From NCBI GenBank assembly GCA_964106645.2, contig OZ067043.1: 64,000 bases of DNA. One strand, written 5' to 3'. The notes under the pieces were generated by a model that was not told the origin of the DNA, ran no database searches, and saw only the letters and a list, made by a program, of their open reading frames with translations. Shown here in pieces: positions 12,501 through 24,064 of this stretch. How positions within the stretch are numbered: position 1 is the stretch's first letter; each line of letters starts with the position of its first letter. Position numbers and translations under genes: made by a program. This DNA is from Podarcis pityusensis. Taxonomy: Eukaryota.

Positions 12501-12706
12501 ATCTCAATGATTTATTTACTAGTAAATATGTAGATGTTAAGATTTCAAATGCTGTTATTCCTTGGGTTCCAAGAATCGCCCTTCAGTAAAACTTAATCCT
12601 GGTTTTGTTCATTTCTAATACATTTCAACTTTCCATTGTGTTTGAAATGATCTATTCTTACTTGAAAAATGAAATTGGTTTATTTTATCCATGCTAACCT
12701 GGAAGT

Positions 12707-13061
12707 GGGACGCGGGTGACACTGTGGGTTAAACCACAAAGCCTAGGACTTGCTGATTAGAAGGTCAGTGGTTCGAATCCCCGCAACGGGGTGAGCTCCC
12801 GTTGCTCGTCCCTGCTCCTGCCAACCTAGCAGTTCAAAAGCACATCAAAGTGCAAGTAGATAAATAGGTACCTTCTCCGGCGGGAAGGTAAACAGCGTTT
12901 CCGTGCGCTGCTCTGGTTTGCCAGAAGCACCTTAGTCATGCTGGCCACATGACCCGGAAGCTGTATGCCGGCTCCCTCGGCCGGTAAAGCGAGATGAGCG
13001 CCGCAACCCCAGAGTCGGTCACGACTGGACCTATGGTCAGGGGTCCCTTTACCTTTACTTT
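12707..13061 (+). mobile_element. Sauria SINE (Squam1), full length
   Basis: tRNA-like head with GGTTCGAATCC B box, (ACCTTT)n tail, TSD taacc(t)tggaag. Confidence 0.92.
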
Positions 13062-13550
13062 AACCTTGGAAGCACCACTTGTTTCAATGTAATTTTCTTC
13101 CATCAGGTTTGTAGCATCAGGTTGCAGTCTATACAAACTTACTTTCAATAAAGTCCACTGAAATAAATTGGACTTTTTGAGTATATATGTATCAAATCTG
13201 GTGGTTCTATTTTTATGTAAAAATCAACAAAAAATAGTATTGGATTGACATTTTCAAATTTCTCATTGCATTACTCAAAATGAGTTTTGAAACTACTAGA
13301 ATGCTGCATTTCCAGTTTATTATAGTGGGTCACAGGCAATATGAGTTCTGCAGTTTCCTGAGTCATACAAACACCAGGAGATTTAGAATGCTGATTCTGT
13401 GGCAGGTTGATGCATCCACTAGAAATATGAGTCAGCTTAGATAAAGAAGTTCACCTCAGAATAGTCAGAAACAAAACTTAACTTAGCACCTTGTCTGTAA
13501 TTCATGAATGCTCATAATGCATTAAAGTATTTATTAATATCCCCCCACGC

Positions 13551-13905
13551 ACATAGGAAGCAAATATTGTATTCAGATATACAGAAGCATAAGAAACTGC
13601 CTTATACAATTTCAAACCATTGATCCATCTATTGTCTACACCAGGCATCCCCAAGCCTGGCCCTCCAGATGTTTTGGGACTACAGTTCCCATCATCCCTG
13701 ACCACTGGTCCTGTTAGCAAGGGATGATGGGAGTTGTAGTCCCAAAACATCTGGAGGGCAGAGTTTGGGGGTGCCTGGTTTACACTGACTGGCAGCAGTT
13801 CTCCAGGGTTTCAGATGGGGTCTCTCCCAGCCCCGCCTAAAGATGCCAGGAATTGAACCTTGGCCCTTCTACATGCACAGGAGATACTATACTACACAGC
13901 TATCC
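13551..13905 (-). mobile_element. tRNA-derived SINE with CR1-like tail, interrupted by a hAT MITE
   Basis: Antisense match to the copy at 43503-43940; related copies at ~21866-22030 and ~46860-47015. Confidence 0.65.
13642..13777. mobile_element. Palindromic hAT MITE
   Basis: TIRs CAGGCATCCCCAA / TTGGGGGTGCCTG; TSD gtctacac / gtttacac. Confidence 0.88.
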
Positions 13906-14790
13906 TGTGTACTGGTTTATGGAATCAAAGAGATGGAATCATTATGCCTGCTTTATATTTTCTTCCAGTTCTTCACTATGCTAAGAGCATAGGCCATGTG
14001 ATACTTGGGGACTTAAGGGCTTCAAAGGCCTAAAGGTTTTTAGGATCATTCCAGAAAGCCAAATAACTCAACACAGATACCTAAGGATTGCCACTAAAAA
14101 AAACCCAGAAAACTCTACAGTGTTGTAAACATCAGCTTCAGCTTCAAGCATTAGCAGGAGGCAATACTTAGCTCTATGCTGCGAAAGCAACTTCTGATTT
14201 CTTGTCGACCAAGCTGCTGTTAAATGCACAGGAACAGGCCAGAGTTCTTTTCTGGTTAGTTGACAGCCTTGCAGATGTTGAATCTCAGAGTGGATTTGTT
14301 AAAAGGGTATGTTATTAATAGAATAAGAATTAATACAGCAAACAAACAAAAAAACCTAGCAGCTCTTAACTCATTTTCAATTGGAACACACCTTGAATTC
14401 AGCTCAACAATGCTGAACCCCTGCATCTTTTTTTCAGTATCAAGGTTAGATAAGTAGTAATTAATAAAAGTGCACCTAAACACGTGCATAATGCCTTTCT
14501 CTTAGCACTTAGTAACCACAGCCATTCCTAACACATCTGAGGATAGAGGAAAGGGATTTAATATCAGAGGCTGTTGCTTAAAGACAAAAAGTTTTCCAGC
14601 ACTGCTCATTGTCATTTAGAAATGAAGTAGTGAGCTGGACAGCACCCAATAGAGAACAGCTTGATCATGAACAAAGCCATTTTTTAGAACAATCCTGAAG
14701 CAAACTCACCTGCTTATTCACTAAAGCTGCATCCATGTAACCAGGTCTACAGGATTTGAGTCTCTGTTTACAATGAAATTATTGTTAATA

Positions 14791-15261
14791 CAGTGGTACC
14801 TCGGGTTAAGTACTTAATTCGTTCCGGAGGTCCGTTCTTAACCTGAAACTGTTCTTGGCTTTCAAGAAGCTCTGTGAAAACGATTGATAGAAATGTTGCT
14901 TAAAAGATATGATAAGATTAAGATTGTTAAAGTGCAATATAAATTTAAGAAATGTGAGTAATTGTTATAATATGGAAAATTGTCAGACAGGCTGAGGGAA
15001 GTCTAAAAGATGTATATGTTAGAAGTGGATGTTAAACATGGATGGAATGTATATTGGAAATTGAATAAAAATTAATTATATATAAAAAAGAAACTGTTCT
15101 TAACCTGAAGCACCACTTTAGCTAATGGGGCCTCCTGCTGCCGCCGCGCCGCCGGAGCACGATTTCTGTTCTCATCCTGAAGCAAAGTTCTTAACCTGAA
15201 GCACTATTTCTGGGTTAGTGGAGTCTGTAACTTGAAGCATTTGTAAGCTGAGGTACCACTG
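14791..15261 (+). mobile_element. Tigger-like Tc1/mariner MITE interrupted by an L1-type fragment
   Basis: TA|CAGTGGTACCTC...GAGGTACCACTG|TA; same family as the copies at 41437, 42835, 43632 and 55631. Confidence 0.92.
14857..15089 (+). mobile_element. L1-type 3' end fragment
   Basis: 12-bp TSD GAAACTGTTCTT (14845-14856, 15090-15101); AATAAA plus A tail. Confidence 0.8.
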
Positions 15262-16646
15262 TAGAAACAAGCTGGCTGAATTTGCCTCATGACGACGTAC
15301 TTAAATGCATGTAACTGCTTGAAAACAATGTAATCCCATTCTTTCTATCTTTTATAACTTTGTACTCCAAATGGCAAAATTGTACAGAGAAACAGCCCCA
15401 CCCTAATCATGTTTACTTGGAAGTGAGTCACACCGGGGGGGGGAGTGATTCACTTCCAAGTAAGTTTGGTTAGTATAAGAGCCAAAACAATTTAAAGCAC
15501 AATTCTATACATGTGTTCTTAACAGCATAAATGAGTACAGTGGGGTGTACCCCCAGGGAAGTGGGTATAAGATTGCAGTATGAAGGTTGTGTGTGTGTGG
15601 TAAATTGTCTCTTGTCATCATCAAATGACTGGAGTGATTAGTGGTTGTGGGCATTGAACTCCCATGGTTCCTGCATTGCTGAAAGGCTCTAGAAAAGGGA
15701 TGGGAAAGTTTTTTTAAAACCAAGGGTTGCATTGCCTAAACTTTCCACTCTCCTGTGTTAATATGTACATGAATCTTCTGGGCATGGGCATTCTGGGATT
15801 TGGTGTGGATTATCAGTATTATATCCACTTCTCTTTTCCATGTGAACCACATGAACCAATCTTGCTATGAAGCACCTTCTAAGGATCCTTAGAGTTTAGG
15901 GTTGGAAATGAACTGGCTGATGGTGAATAAGCTGAAACTTGGTCCAAGCAAGGAGTTTTTCTTAGATTGCAGCCCAGGAGTGGTGAAAATGTCTGTCTCA
16001 GATGGGCACAAACTGTTCCCCAAAATATGGGATTTGTAGATTGGGATCCACTCATCCTTGATGGCTGGGCTAAGGCTTTGCCCAAGACCATGTTCTATCA
16101 ACTTATCTGCAATAATAAACATGACTGCTATTTTAAGCATGCTTGTTAGTGATCCCCACCAAATTGCTAGTGGGCTTCCTATGACCCCCTGGCTGGCCAC
16201 TATGACAACATAATGCTGGACTTTACAGGCCTTTTGTGTAATGCAGCGGGACTCCTCTTATGATGATTGCTAGATTGTTTATTGCCCCTGGTTCATATTC
16301 CTCTGCAGTTCAGCCTCCTGTTAAGAACACAGGAGCAGGAGAGCAATTTTCCTCCCTATCTCTTGATATTTCGAAACCTTGCTACTGGGTAGTGAGTGCC
16401 ATTGAACACATTTTGGAGCTATGATTAGAGGGGAAGTTGCCATTTTAAAGGAACTGAGACTTTAAAGCCTTGGAAAATGTGGCTGTAGGGCACTATAGTA
16501 AAAAATAAATAAATCCCCATCTCCCCTCCCAACAACCAACACCACATCATTAGGCAATTTCCAGAGGGGTAGCCATGTTCATCTGTTGCAGCATAACCAG
16601 CCCCCCAAATAGGCTTGGATAGATCCATTGAATTCAGTGGATATGC

Positions 16647-16938
16647 TAGGGTTGCCGTATGTCCAGAAATTTCCAGACACAGCTGGTATTCAGCCCCCTA
16701 AAGCAGTGTCTGTGTGGAAATCACTGAAATGTCCAGGAAAATCCAGACGTATGGCAAACCATGTCTGAAGTATAGATTTTGCCGAATTTCCTTAAAAGCA
16801 GCTCAAAAACTTCATTTCCCCCCCAGATTTTGCAAAGCAAAAAACAAAACAAAAAGCTCAATAACTTTGGCAAAAAAAGAAGAAGTGCTCCACAACTTTT
16901 GTGTCCAGATTTCCACTTTTTGAAATATGGCAACACTA
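16647..16938. mobile_element. hAT MITE
   Basis: TIRs TAGGGTTGCC / GGCAACACTA; TSD ggatatgc / ggatatga. Confidence 0.85.
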
Positions 16939-17310
16939 GGATATGACCAACGTAGGTCAGTGGGTCTGCTCTAACCTACCTGGATACAACTAATATGAAC
17001 AAACTGATCATAGCAAAAGCTTTTGAGAACTACAGTCTACATACATACATACATACATACATACAAGAGTGGTGGTGGTGGTGGCTAATTGTAAGCAGTG
17101 GGCTCAGAAGCAAAGGAAATGCAGAAAAACACATGGCGAGAAAAACAGTTTATTTCCTTTGTTTTTAAGTCAAGTTTAAGAGTTAGCTACCGTCAGGCCT
17201 GGTCCCAGATTGGGGGTGTGGGGCTTAGCTGCTCCCCCAGCACTCTCCCTCGGCCACTGTGGCAGGTGCCGCTGCTACAGCCGCCAACTCCCCACCCCTT
17301 GGCACCCTGG

Positions 17311-17456
17311 CAGTGGCGTAGCGTGGGGGGTGCAGGGGGGGCCGGCCGCACCGGGCGCAACATCTGGGGTTAGGGTTAGGGGGCGCAAATCCACGGGTTA
17401 GGGGGCACAAATTACTTGCCTTGCCCCGGGTGCTGACAACCCACGCTACGCCACTG
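17311..17456. mobile_element. Young hAT MITE containing TTAGGG repeats
   Basis: Perfect 17-bp TIRs CAGTGGCGTAGCGTGGG and perfect 8-bp TSD CACCCTGG. Confidence 0.93.
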
Positions 17457-17699
17457 CACCCTGGAACCGCTTGCAGCTTGTGAACTTGATTGGTGTCGGT
17501 GGCTATTTCAAAATAGAAAATGCCAGCACTGCATTTGCCTTTTTCTCTTTTTTTTGGGGGGGGGGGAGAGACACGTGTTCAGAGAATTCAGGGAGGCAAA
17601 GGAGCCAACTGCTAGGGTCCGAGATCTCAATAAAATATTTGAGGGCAGCGGCCTCCCCACCCCCAAAGTTGATGGGCAATGCCATTCAAATAGTGTGCG

Positions 17700-18520
17700 T
17701 CTTGTGATCGGTTGTGGGAATGGGGCTTACCTAGCCCCCCGCCCCCCAAATCTTTTATTCAAGTGGGGGTGTGCTGCAGGGAGGACGGGCTGTTGTTATC
17801 TTTCGTCGAAGCTGCTTGGCTCGCTGCCGATGGCAGGCAGTGCACCTTCGCCCCGGGCCCCAGCCGACGGCCCCACGCCGCCCTCTCCGCTCCCCGACCC
17901 CGAGTCCACCCCGGTCGCGGCGCGACGCGCCTCCGCCGCGCGCCAATGAGGGGCCCTGGCCGGGCCAGCGCGTGGCGGGATAGGGCTGCCCCATCTCCAC
18001 CCACCGCCAGGCGAGGCGACTCACTGGCCGGGCGGCTCGCCGGGGTGGAGCTTCGCCCGCCTTAAGGCAGCTGCCCCTGCCAGCCACAGGGAAGCCGGCG
18101 AGCCGCGCAGGAGAGAAAAGGCAAATCTGACCCGAGATTGCACCAGCGCTCCTCCTCGCCCTCGCCGTCGGACGTGCTCGAGCCAGCGGCATCCGCAGCA
18201 GCGACCCCAGCTCACCCCGCGGAGCCAAGAGCCCAGCGCCGCCGCTCCTCTGACACCCAGGAAGGAAGGATCGCTTGCCGCCGAAATGGAGAACGCGAAG
18301 CAGAGGCGCGCCGGTTTCCTGCCGCCCTTCAGGCACTTCGCCACGCAGGCCATCCACGCGGGGCAAGAGCCCGAACAATGGAAGTCCCTGGCCGTGGTGC
18401 CCCCCATCTCCCTCGCCACCACCTTCAAGCAGCAGGCGCCGGGGAAGCACAGCGTGAGTGAGGCGGATGGGGCAAGCAAGGCTTCAGAGCCGGGCATGGG
18501 GGGGAAAGGGCAGGACTTGG
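17700..18520. promoter_or_regulatory. CpG island / CTH promoter and first exon
   Basis: CpG-rich, with a CCAAT box at 17943-17947 (gCCAATga) and GC-box-like motifs upstream of the CTH ATG. Boundaries approximate. Confidence 0.8.
18286..18453 (+). CDS. CTH: Cystathionine gamma-lyase exon 1 (MENAKQRRAGFLPPFRHFATQAIHAGQEPEQW...TTFKQQAPGKHS)
   Basis: gaaATGg Kozak context, 168 nt, donor |gtgagt. FATQAIH..GQ.PEQW..AVVPPISL.TTFKQ is the CTH N-terminus. Confidence 0.97.
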
Positions 18521-18544
18521 AGGGAGGGGGTCCTTCTCTGTCTT

Positions 18545-18682
18545 CACAGAATCGTAGAATTGGAAGGGACCTCTAGGGTCATCTAGTCCAACCCCCTGCG
18601 ATGCAGGAATCTTTTTGCGCCACGTGGGGCTCGAACCCAGGACCTTGAGGCCAAGAGTCCTATGCATCTACCGACTGAGCTG
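18545..18682 (-). mobile_element. Short SINE: tRNA(Lys)-like head fused to a CR1 3' tail
   Basis: Minus strand reads AGCTCAGTCGGTAGA...GGGTTCGAGCCCCACG, followed by the CR1 end GGTTGGACTAGATGACC...CCCTTCCAATTCTACGATTCTGTG. Confidence 0.8.
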
Positions 18683-18841
18683 TTTGCTTTAGTTAGGGGC
18701 TCTCAGAAAACAGCGCCCCCCTCCCCATCTAGTCAATCGACTCTTTCTGTCTGCCCCAAGCCACACACCTGTCTGTTCCGCTCAGACGGCTCTTCAGCTT
18801 ACCCATAACTCCTTTCCTTCTCGCCCAATGCGCCTAACCAA

Positions 18842-19035
18842 GGCTGCAGCCCAAGCTATGTTTCCTCAGGAGTTAACTCCACAGACCACAACAGGGTAAG
18901 TGAGGTTAGGATTGTAGGCAGAGGCTGCGATCCTAAGGTTTTATGGCAAGTGGTAGAAAGAGGTCTGCACAGAGGTAAATCCTGTGAGTTCAGTGGCACT
19001 TACTCTCTAGTAACTGTGTACATGATTGCAGCCTC
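18842..19035. repeat. Two adjacent copies of an ~80-bp hairpin repeat (GCTGCA..CCT...CACTGAA...TACT...GGATTGCAGC); other copies at ~3126-3205, 9170-9250, 15395-15480, 27855-27947, 53029-53115
   Basis: Recurrent imperfect palindrome, probably an old MITE. Confidence 0.6.
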
Positions 19036-22000
19036 TCTCTGTGTTCTAATTATCAAAACCACACACACACACTTTATATATCGATATATCTATGGATATA
19101 GATATATCTCGAGATCCTAGCTTGCAGTTTATGAAGATTTTCAGTATATGTCTGTTACTGATTCCTACATCAAAAAGGCTAACCCATATTGGCTAAATTG
19201 TACATTTCATTATGATAATCCTCACTGAATTGTGAAAGTCCAGCAGAAGCACCTGTTGCCTATTTATGAGGCAAGAGGATGACATCGCCTCCTTTTTGAT
19301 CATTTTGCCTTACCGCTTTGCATTTTGAGGGCCAAACAAGACAATCCTGTCTCTTGTTTTTCCGCAGAGCAACTGCAGGTGTGTGATCATGATAAGGACT
19401 TTGGCTTGTGGGGAGGACTTTGTACCACAGTCCTGGTGAAAATTGCTCTCCTCCACCTTCCTTCAAAGCTGTTGTGCTTTGTTGCATGGTTGGCACCAGT
19501 GGCAGCTTCCCTTCCAGGGCAAAGAGCGGTTCAAGAGGGAGAGAGTTTAATATCGGGGGTGAGGTTAACCCCAGTCCTAACCAGGCACACTCTGCTGCTA
19601 GTTTGAAACGCAAGAGACGCGTGCATTTCAGTGTGAAAATAACAGACCTAACTTTGATTCCCTTCCATCAGTTAAAGTCATTTCTATGCTTGGAAGGAGC
19701 TCTTTCATTAACTAAAGGCCAGCTCAGGATCCAAGCCAAAGTCTTCAGAAGTTGGCCTATGTCTTGCTATCCCAGAAAGCCAACCTAAGGTGGCTTGTAC
19801 ACCTATGGAATTGATAGTGTTTGTTCACTTCGTTATTATAGAGAATCTAGATAGCATCTTTGCATTCTAGTGTTTTCCCTATTCTATCTTTTTAAAAAAC
19901 CCCATTCTGTAGCAATGCATGTCCAAACATGGACTGGTACAGATAGTATTGTTGACACAACTGGCTGGAGAAGTGACCTGTGCTATTCCACTTGTCTGAA
20001 TTACCTGTCCCACACCTGTCACATAAAGGTCGAAATTCTGTAATTTAGCTATTCAGAAGAGGCAGCAGTGAACTGAATAGGACTGGATTCACCCCCTTCT
20101 TTTCCATTTCCCCACCATGGTTGATGGACAGAATCTTAATCTCGCCCTGTTGGATGGTTCCTTCCTCCATTACTTTTCCACACCTTTTTTCTTAATTTGA
20201 CTCCTCCAAGTACAAATGAGCAAATGTTTAACCTTTTTAAAAACAACTTGGAATTGCTGGCAAAATAATGCACTGTCTGTTTTTGCCTTTGTCACATAGA
20301 CAGACATGCTAGAATTCAAATGGGTAGTATATTATTAAGTGTCATGTGGAACCTCAGATATATTTTGGCTTTATATGATTATGGAAGAGCAAGATGCTCA
20401 TGTGGAGGGGGCTACAAAGGGGGGGGGTGCGTGTGTGCAAGCAATGGAACTCCAGATAGGAAATGTGTTGCATCTGTACTATTTCAGTCACCAAATGACA
20501 TTTCTGTGTATAAAGTACATACTGATTTCCTCTTTCTTTCTTTTTTTGCCCTTTAGGGTTTTATTTGCTTTCTTTCAAGCCCATTTTGTTCTTCTGGGTA
20601 TGGCAAATTTGGCATGCTATTTGAAAACGTTTTAAAAGCAGATCCCTGATTTAGTTTTGCCCAACACATTCAATCCATGTTGAATTTCTGGATTATCATC
20701 CTAGTTGGGTTGCAAGAAAAAGCTGACTCATTTTTAACTCTGCAGATTCTTGTGGGCAGGGCCGAACAAACTCGCCTTGCTACCCTGTCCTCTGCATGAC
20801 ACAAGACGATATGGAAATTGCATAAGCAAGCTGGCAGCTTTCCAGAGTATTGCATTACTCATTATGTATCTTGGGTTGAAAAAAACCTGTGTGTTTTAAA
20901 AGCAATGAAACGCCACGTTTCATAAAACCAACGAAGAGTCTCATGACATCTTAAAAGACTAAGTGGTTTATTTTAGCATAGTCTTTAATATGCTACAGAA
21001 CTCTTAGTCCATTGTAGCAAAAACAGGTATTCTTCGGGATATTCAGTAAGATACTTAATACTTTACTAGTTGACGTACAAGAATTTAGCCAGGCAGGAAG
21101 AGTTAAAGTACAAAACCACAGGCGGAAAATATGTACATGGCGTTCTGTTCGGAATAATTTGTTTCACTAGAAAGCATTGTTTTCTCCCCCACTCCAAGGC
21201 TGGCCAGCTTGGATTCCTAATTTGTCATTTCCCCATATATTCAGACTTTCAAGTAATCAATGCTAAGGCAAGAAGGCACTGTAACTATAACACAGTCTTA
21301 CCTCTGTCTAAGAACAGTCCTTTTAACGATAAATTGGGGCAATGCAGGAAGCTGGCTGTGGTGGAAAACTCTGAAGATGATTCAGTTGCCTGTGGTTTTG
21401 GTCTGCTCTTGCAGTTCTCACCTACCTGCATTTCATGACCCTGCCAAGGAAACAAATTTGTATGAAATTCATAAGCCATTTTAGTTTTATGATTAGTGGA
21501 CAGAAAAGGAGGCAACTGAACATTAAGGTCATTGGTTGTGCTCCTGCTCCTATGCTAAAGTTCTCCAGATGTTAGTCTACATATCCCATTATCAGCTAGA
21601 GGTGATGGAAGCTGGAATCCCAACAACATCTGGAGTTCCTCATCCTTGCTCCGAAGAGAATGGATCTGCTTGGCTTGTGTGATAACCTGGAAGACAAACT
21701 GCTTCCCTAGCAGTTTCACTTCTGCCGCATTTAGAAAGCTTCCCCTTACTCCCGTCTTGGCCCTGAGCTCCATATATCTGGATCATCCCCCCTACCAGTC
21801 ACATAACTCTGACTTGCAGTCTAGGTCTTGTTTCAGTTCCCCATTCCAAGACCTCCTGTCCACTCTAGGAACACGGAAAGCTGCCTTCTACTGGGTCAGT
21901 CTGTCTAGCTCAGTTTTGCCTACCCTGACTGGCAGGCTCTCTGGGATTTCAGACGGCGACCATTCCCAGCCTATGCTGGAAATCAAACCTTGGACTTTTG

Positions 22001-22884
22001 TGCAATGCAAAGTCCAAGGCTACAGTTATTATAGCATTAATTGCAGGGCATGCAAGGTGCCTTTCAAAACACAGGAGATGCAGCCTTGGGCCTTGTTTTT
22101 GCATCAAGGTGTGTTTTCTGCATCCTCTTCCTCCTGTATCCTCATCCTTCTCCTTTCTCTGGTCCCTCCGCCCCCCCCCCATTTTATACCTGCAACAGAA
22201 TTGTACTAGGAATGTGTGCTTTTTGAAATAAATCCTCCATTAGCTCTGCTAATGTTCCGAAGAGCAAACATTTCAAATGAGCCTTGCCATGGGAAATGCA
22301 GGTCTTATAAATTGTCAGACTGTCACGTGCTGCTTCCACAACCTGTCTTTGAGCCAAATGATTGTTTGATTTTGCTTTCATCCCAGCTGTCTGCCAACAG
22401 TATGGAAATTTCTTTCAGGAGAAAACTCAAGTGGCTGCCATAGAAAGCCTAGCTGCAAAGAAGGATTGGGGGCTTCTGTACCTTTAGTTGTTGTTTAGAA
22501 CTGTTAAAGGTGCAGGAGCCCTGGGACTTGTGACTTGACTGTGTTGAAACATTAGATTGCAAGATTTAATCTGTTTTCATGATCTGAGTTTCATATAACA
22601 TATTTTTTTTCAAGGAGGATGGTAATAAAGGCAAATGGAAGGAAATATATAGAAAAATTTTCAGGATTTTACAACAAAGAAATCTAAGAGGCCGCTTCCT
22701 TTCTCTTTTGAATTTTTTTTTTTAAAAGTGGAAACAGAATTCCTAATTTCATCCTCAGGAGGAGATTCAGTATTTGTTTGGCCAAACTGCCGGTGCACAT
22801 TATAAATAATTTGATCTCTAATAATTTCATCAACTATTGATGTATATTTACCTTATTTTGTTTTATTTTTGTTCTCTTTCATAG

Positions 22885-22966
22885 GGCTTTGAATATAGCC
22901 GCTGTGGAAATCCAACCCGCGATTCCATGGAAAAGGCTGTGGCAGCACTGGATGGTGCCAAGTATT
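22885..22966 (+). CDS. CTH: CTH exon 2 (GFEYSRCGNPTRDSMEKAVAALDGAKY)
   Basis: 82 nt, AG/GT bounded; YSRxGNPT motif (Y60, R62). Confidence 0.96.
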
Positions 22967-23380
22967 GTAAGCTGTCAATATTTTCATTACAAAAAAATGA
23001 TGATTGTCTTTGGCTAACAGTACACATAAGGTGCAACAGTAGTGTCTTGGAAAAGAGACAAAAAGGGAAGCTATTGGTTTTTGGTTAGCTCTGATTCTGG
23101 TATCATGCTATGCAACAATGCAGCTATATCTTTGTATTTTATCTATTTCATCAAACCTGGATAAATTACTTTTGGCCACGTTATTAAGGCATTTCCTAAT
23201 CCACATTTTCAGGCATGGAATGCTTGGAGTTTGACACAGCTCATAACATAAATGTCCACAGTCATCTCCATAATGTAGTGTGTTTTTTTTCTAGATTCTT
23301 GGAATTATGGGTAACTTTAATGGTTCTAGATAAAATTGTTGTTACCTATTGTGTCAAAGCCCCATATCTAATCCTACGTA

Positions 23381-23438
23381 GTGTGTGTGTGTGTGTGTGT
23401 GTGTACACACACACATACACATACACATACACACACAT
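23381..23438. repeat. (GT)n followed by a (CA/TA)n microsatellite
   Basis: Seen directly. Confidence 0.9.
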
Positions 23439-23574
23439 ATTAAGGTATTCACAGTAAGCTCTCCTTTGAAAGCGAGTTAAGTGTTCAGAGACACACACCT
23501 GCCACAAAGCTGAAATATATTGAAGAATTCATTTGTTCACTTGTCAGATGTTATTTATTTCCTTTTCCCGTTAG

Positions 23575-23670
23575 GTTTATCCTATGCATCTGGGTTAGCA
23601 GCTACGGTGAACATTGCACACTTGCTGAAGGCAGGAGATACTGTTGTTTGCACAGACGATGTCTATGGGG
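23575..23670 (+). CDS. CTH: CTH exon 3 (CLSYASGLAATVNIAHLLKAGDTVVCTDDVYG)
   Basis: 96 nt; ASG phosphate-binding motif and Y114. Confidence 0.96.
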
Positions 23671-23997
23671 GTGAGTGCTGTACTTGCATATGGCAGGTCT
23701 TAACAGTCCTAGATGTAATCTCAGGGTTGTAATCCAGAAGCGTTTCAAAGATCATTAACCTGAGCCTGCACACTTAGGTCTTTCACTTCAGCACTGAGGA
23801 TGGCTTGAAAGTCAGCAGTTATAACAGGTCAGACACCACAGGTGTGACTTATTATCTTAATTAATACTTCTTAGACAGAGCCAGTTGACACATCCGGCAG
23901 TGAGGCACTAACTGGTGTTCACCCATTTGTGATTTAGCCCTCAGTGACATGCCAAATAAAACTTCCATTATGGACCCATCATAAGCCTTGCTACTGT

Positions 23998-24064
23998 TTC
24001 CTGGGCATAATAATAGTTTTATTCCTGGGCATAATAATAGTTTTATTCCTGGGCATAATAATAG
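23998..24064. repeat. 24-bp tandem repeat x ~2.8 (TTCCTGGGCATAATAATAGTTTTA)
   Basis: Perfect copies; explains the repeated LLLCPG peptide of ORF 23861..24067. Confidence 0.92.

Noticed and set aside
17554-18497. Overlapping 100-230 aa ORFs around the CTH promoter
   Set aside because: CpG-island artefacts; only the frame starting at 18286 matches a known protein.
18608-18682. tRNA-Lys gene (and a tRNA-Ala-like sequence at ~43503-43572)
   Set aside because: Stems are degenerate and each is fused to a LINE-type tail, so these are SINE heads.
21646-22209. 187-aa ORF in CTH intron 1
   Set aside because: Non-ATG start, runs through SINE remnants, no domain.
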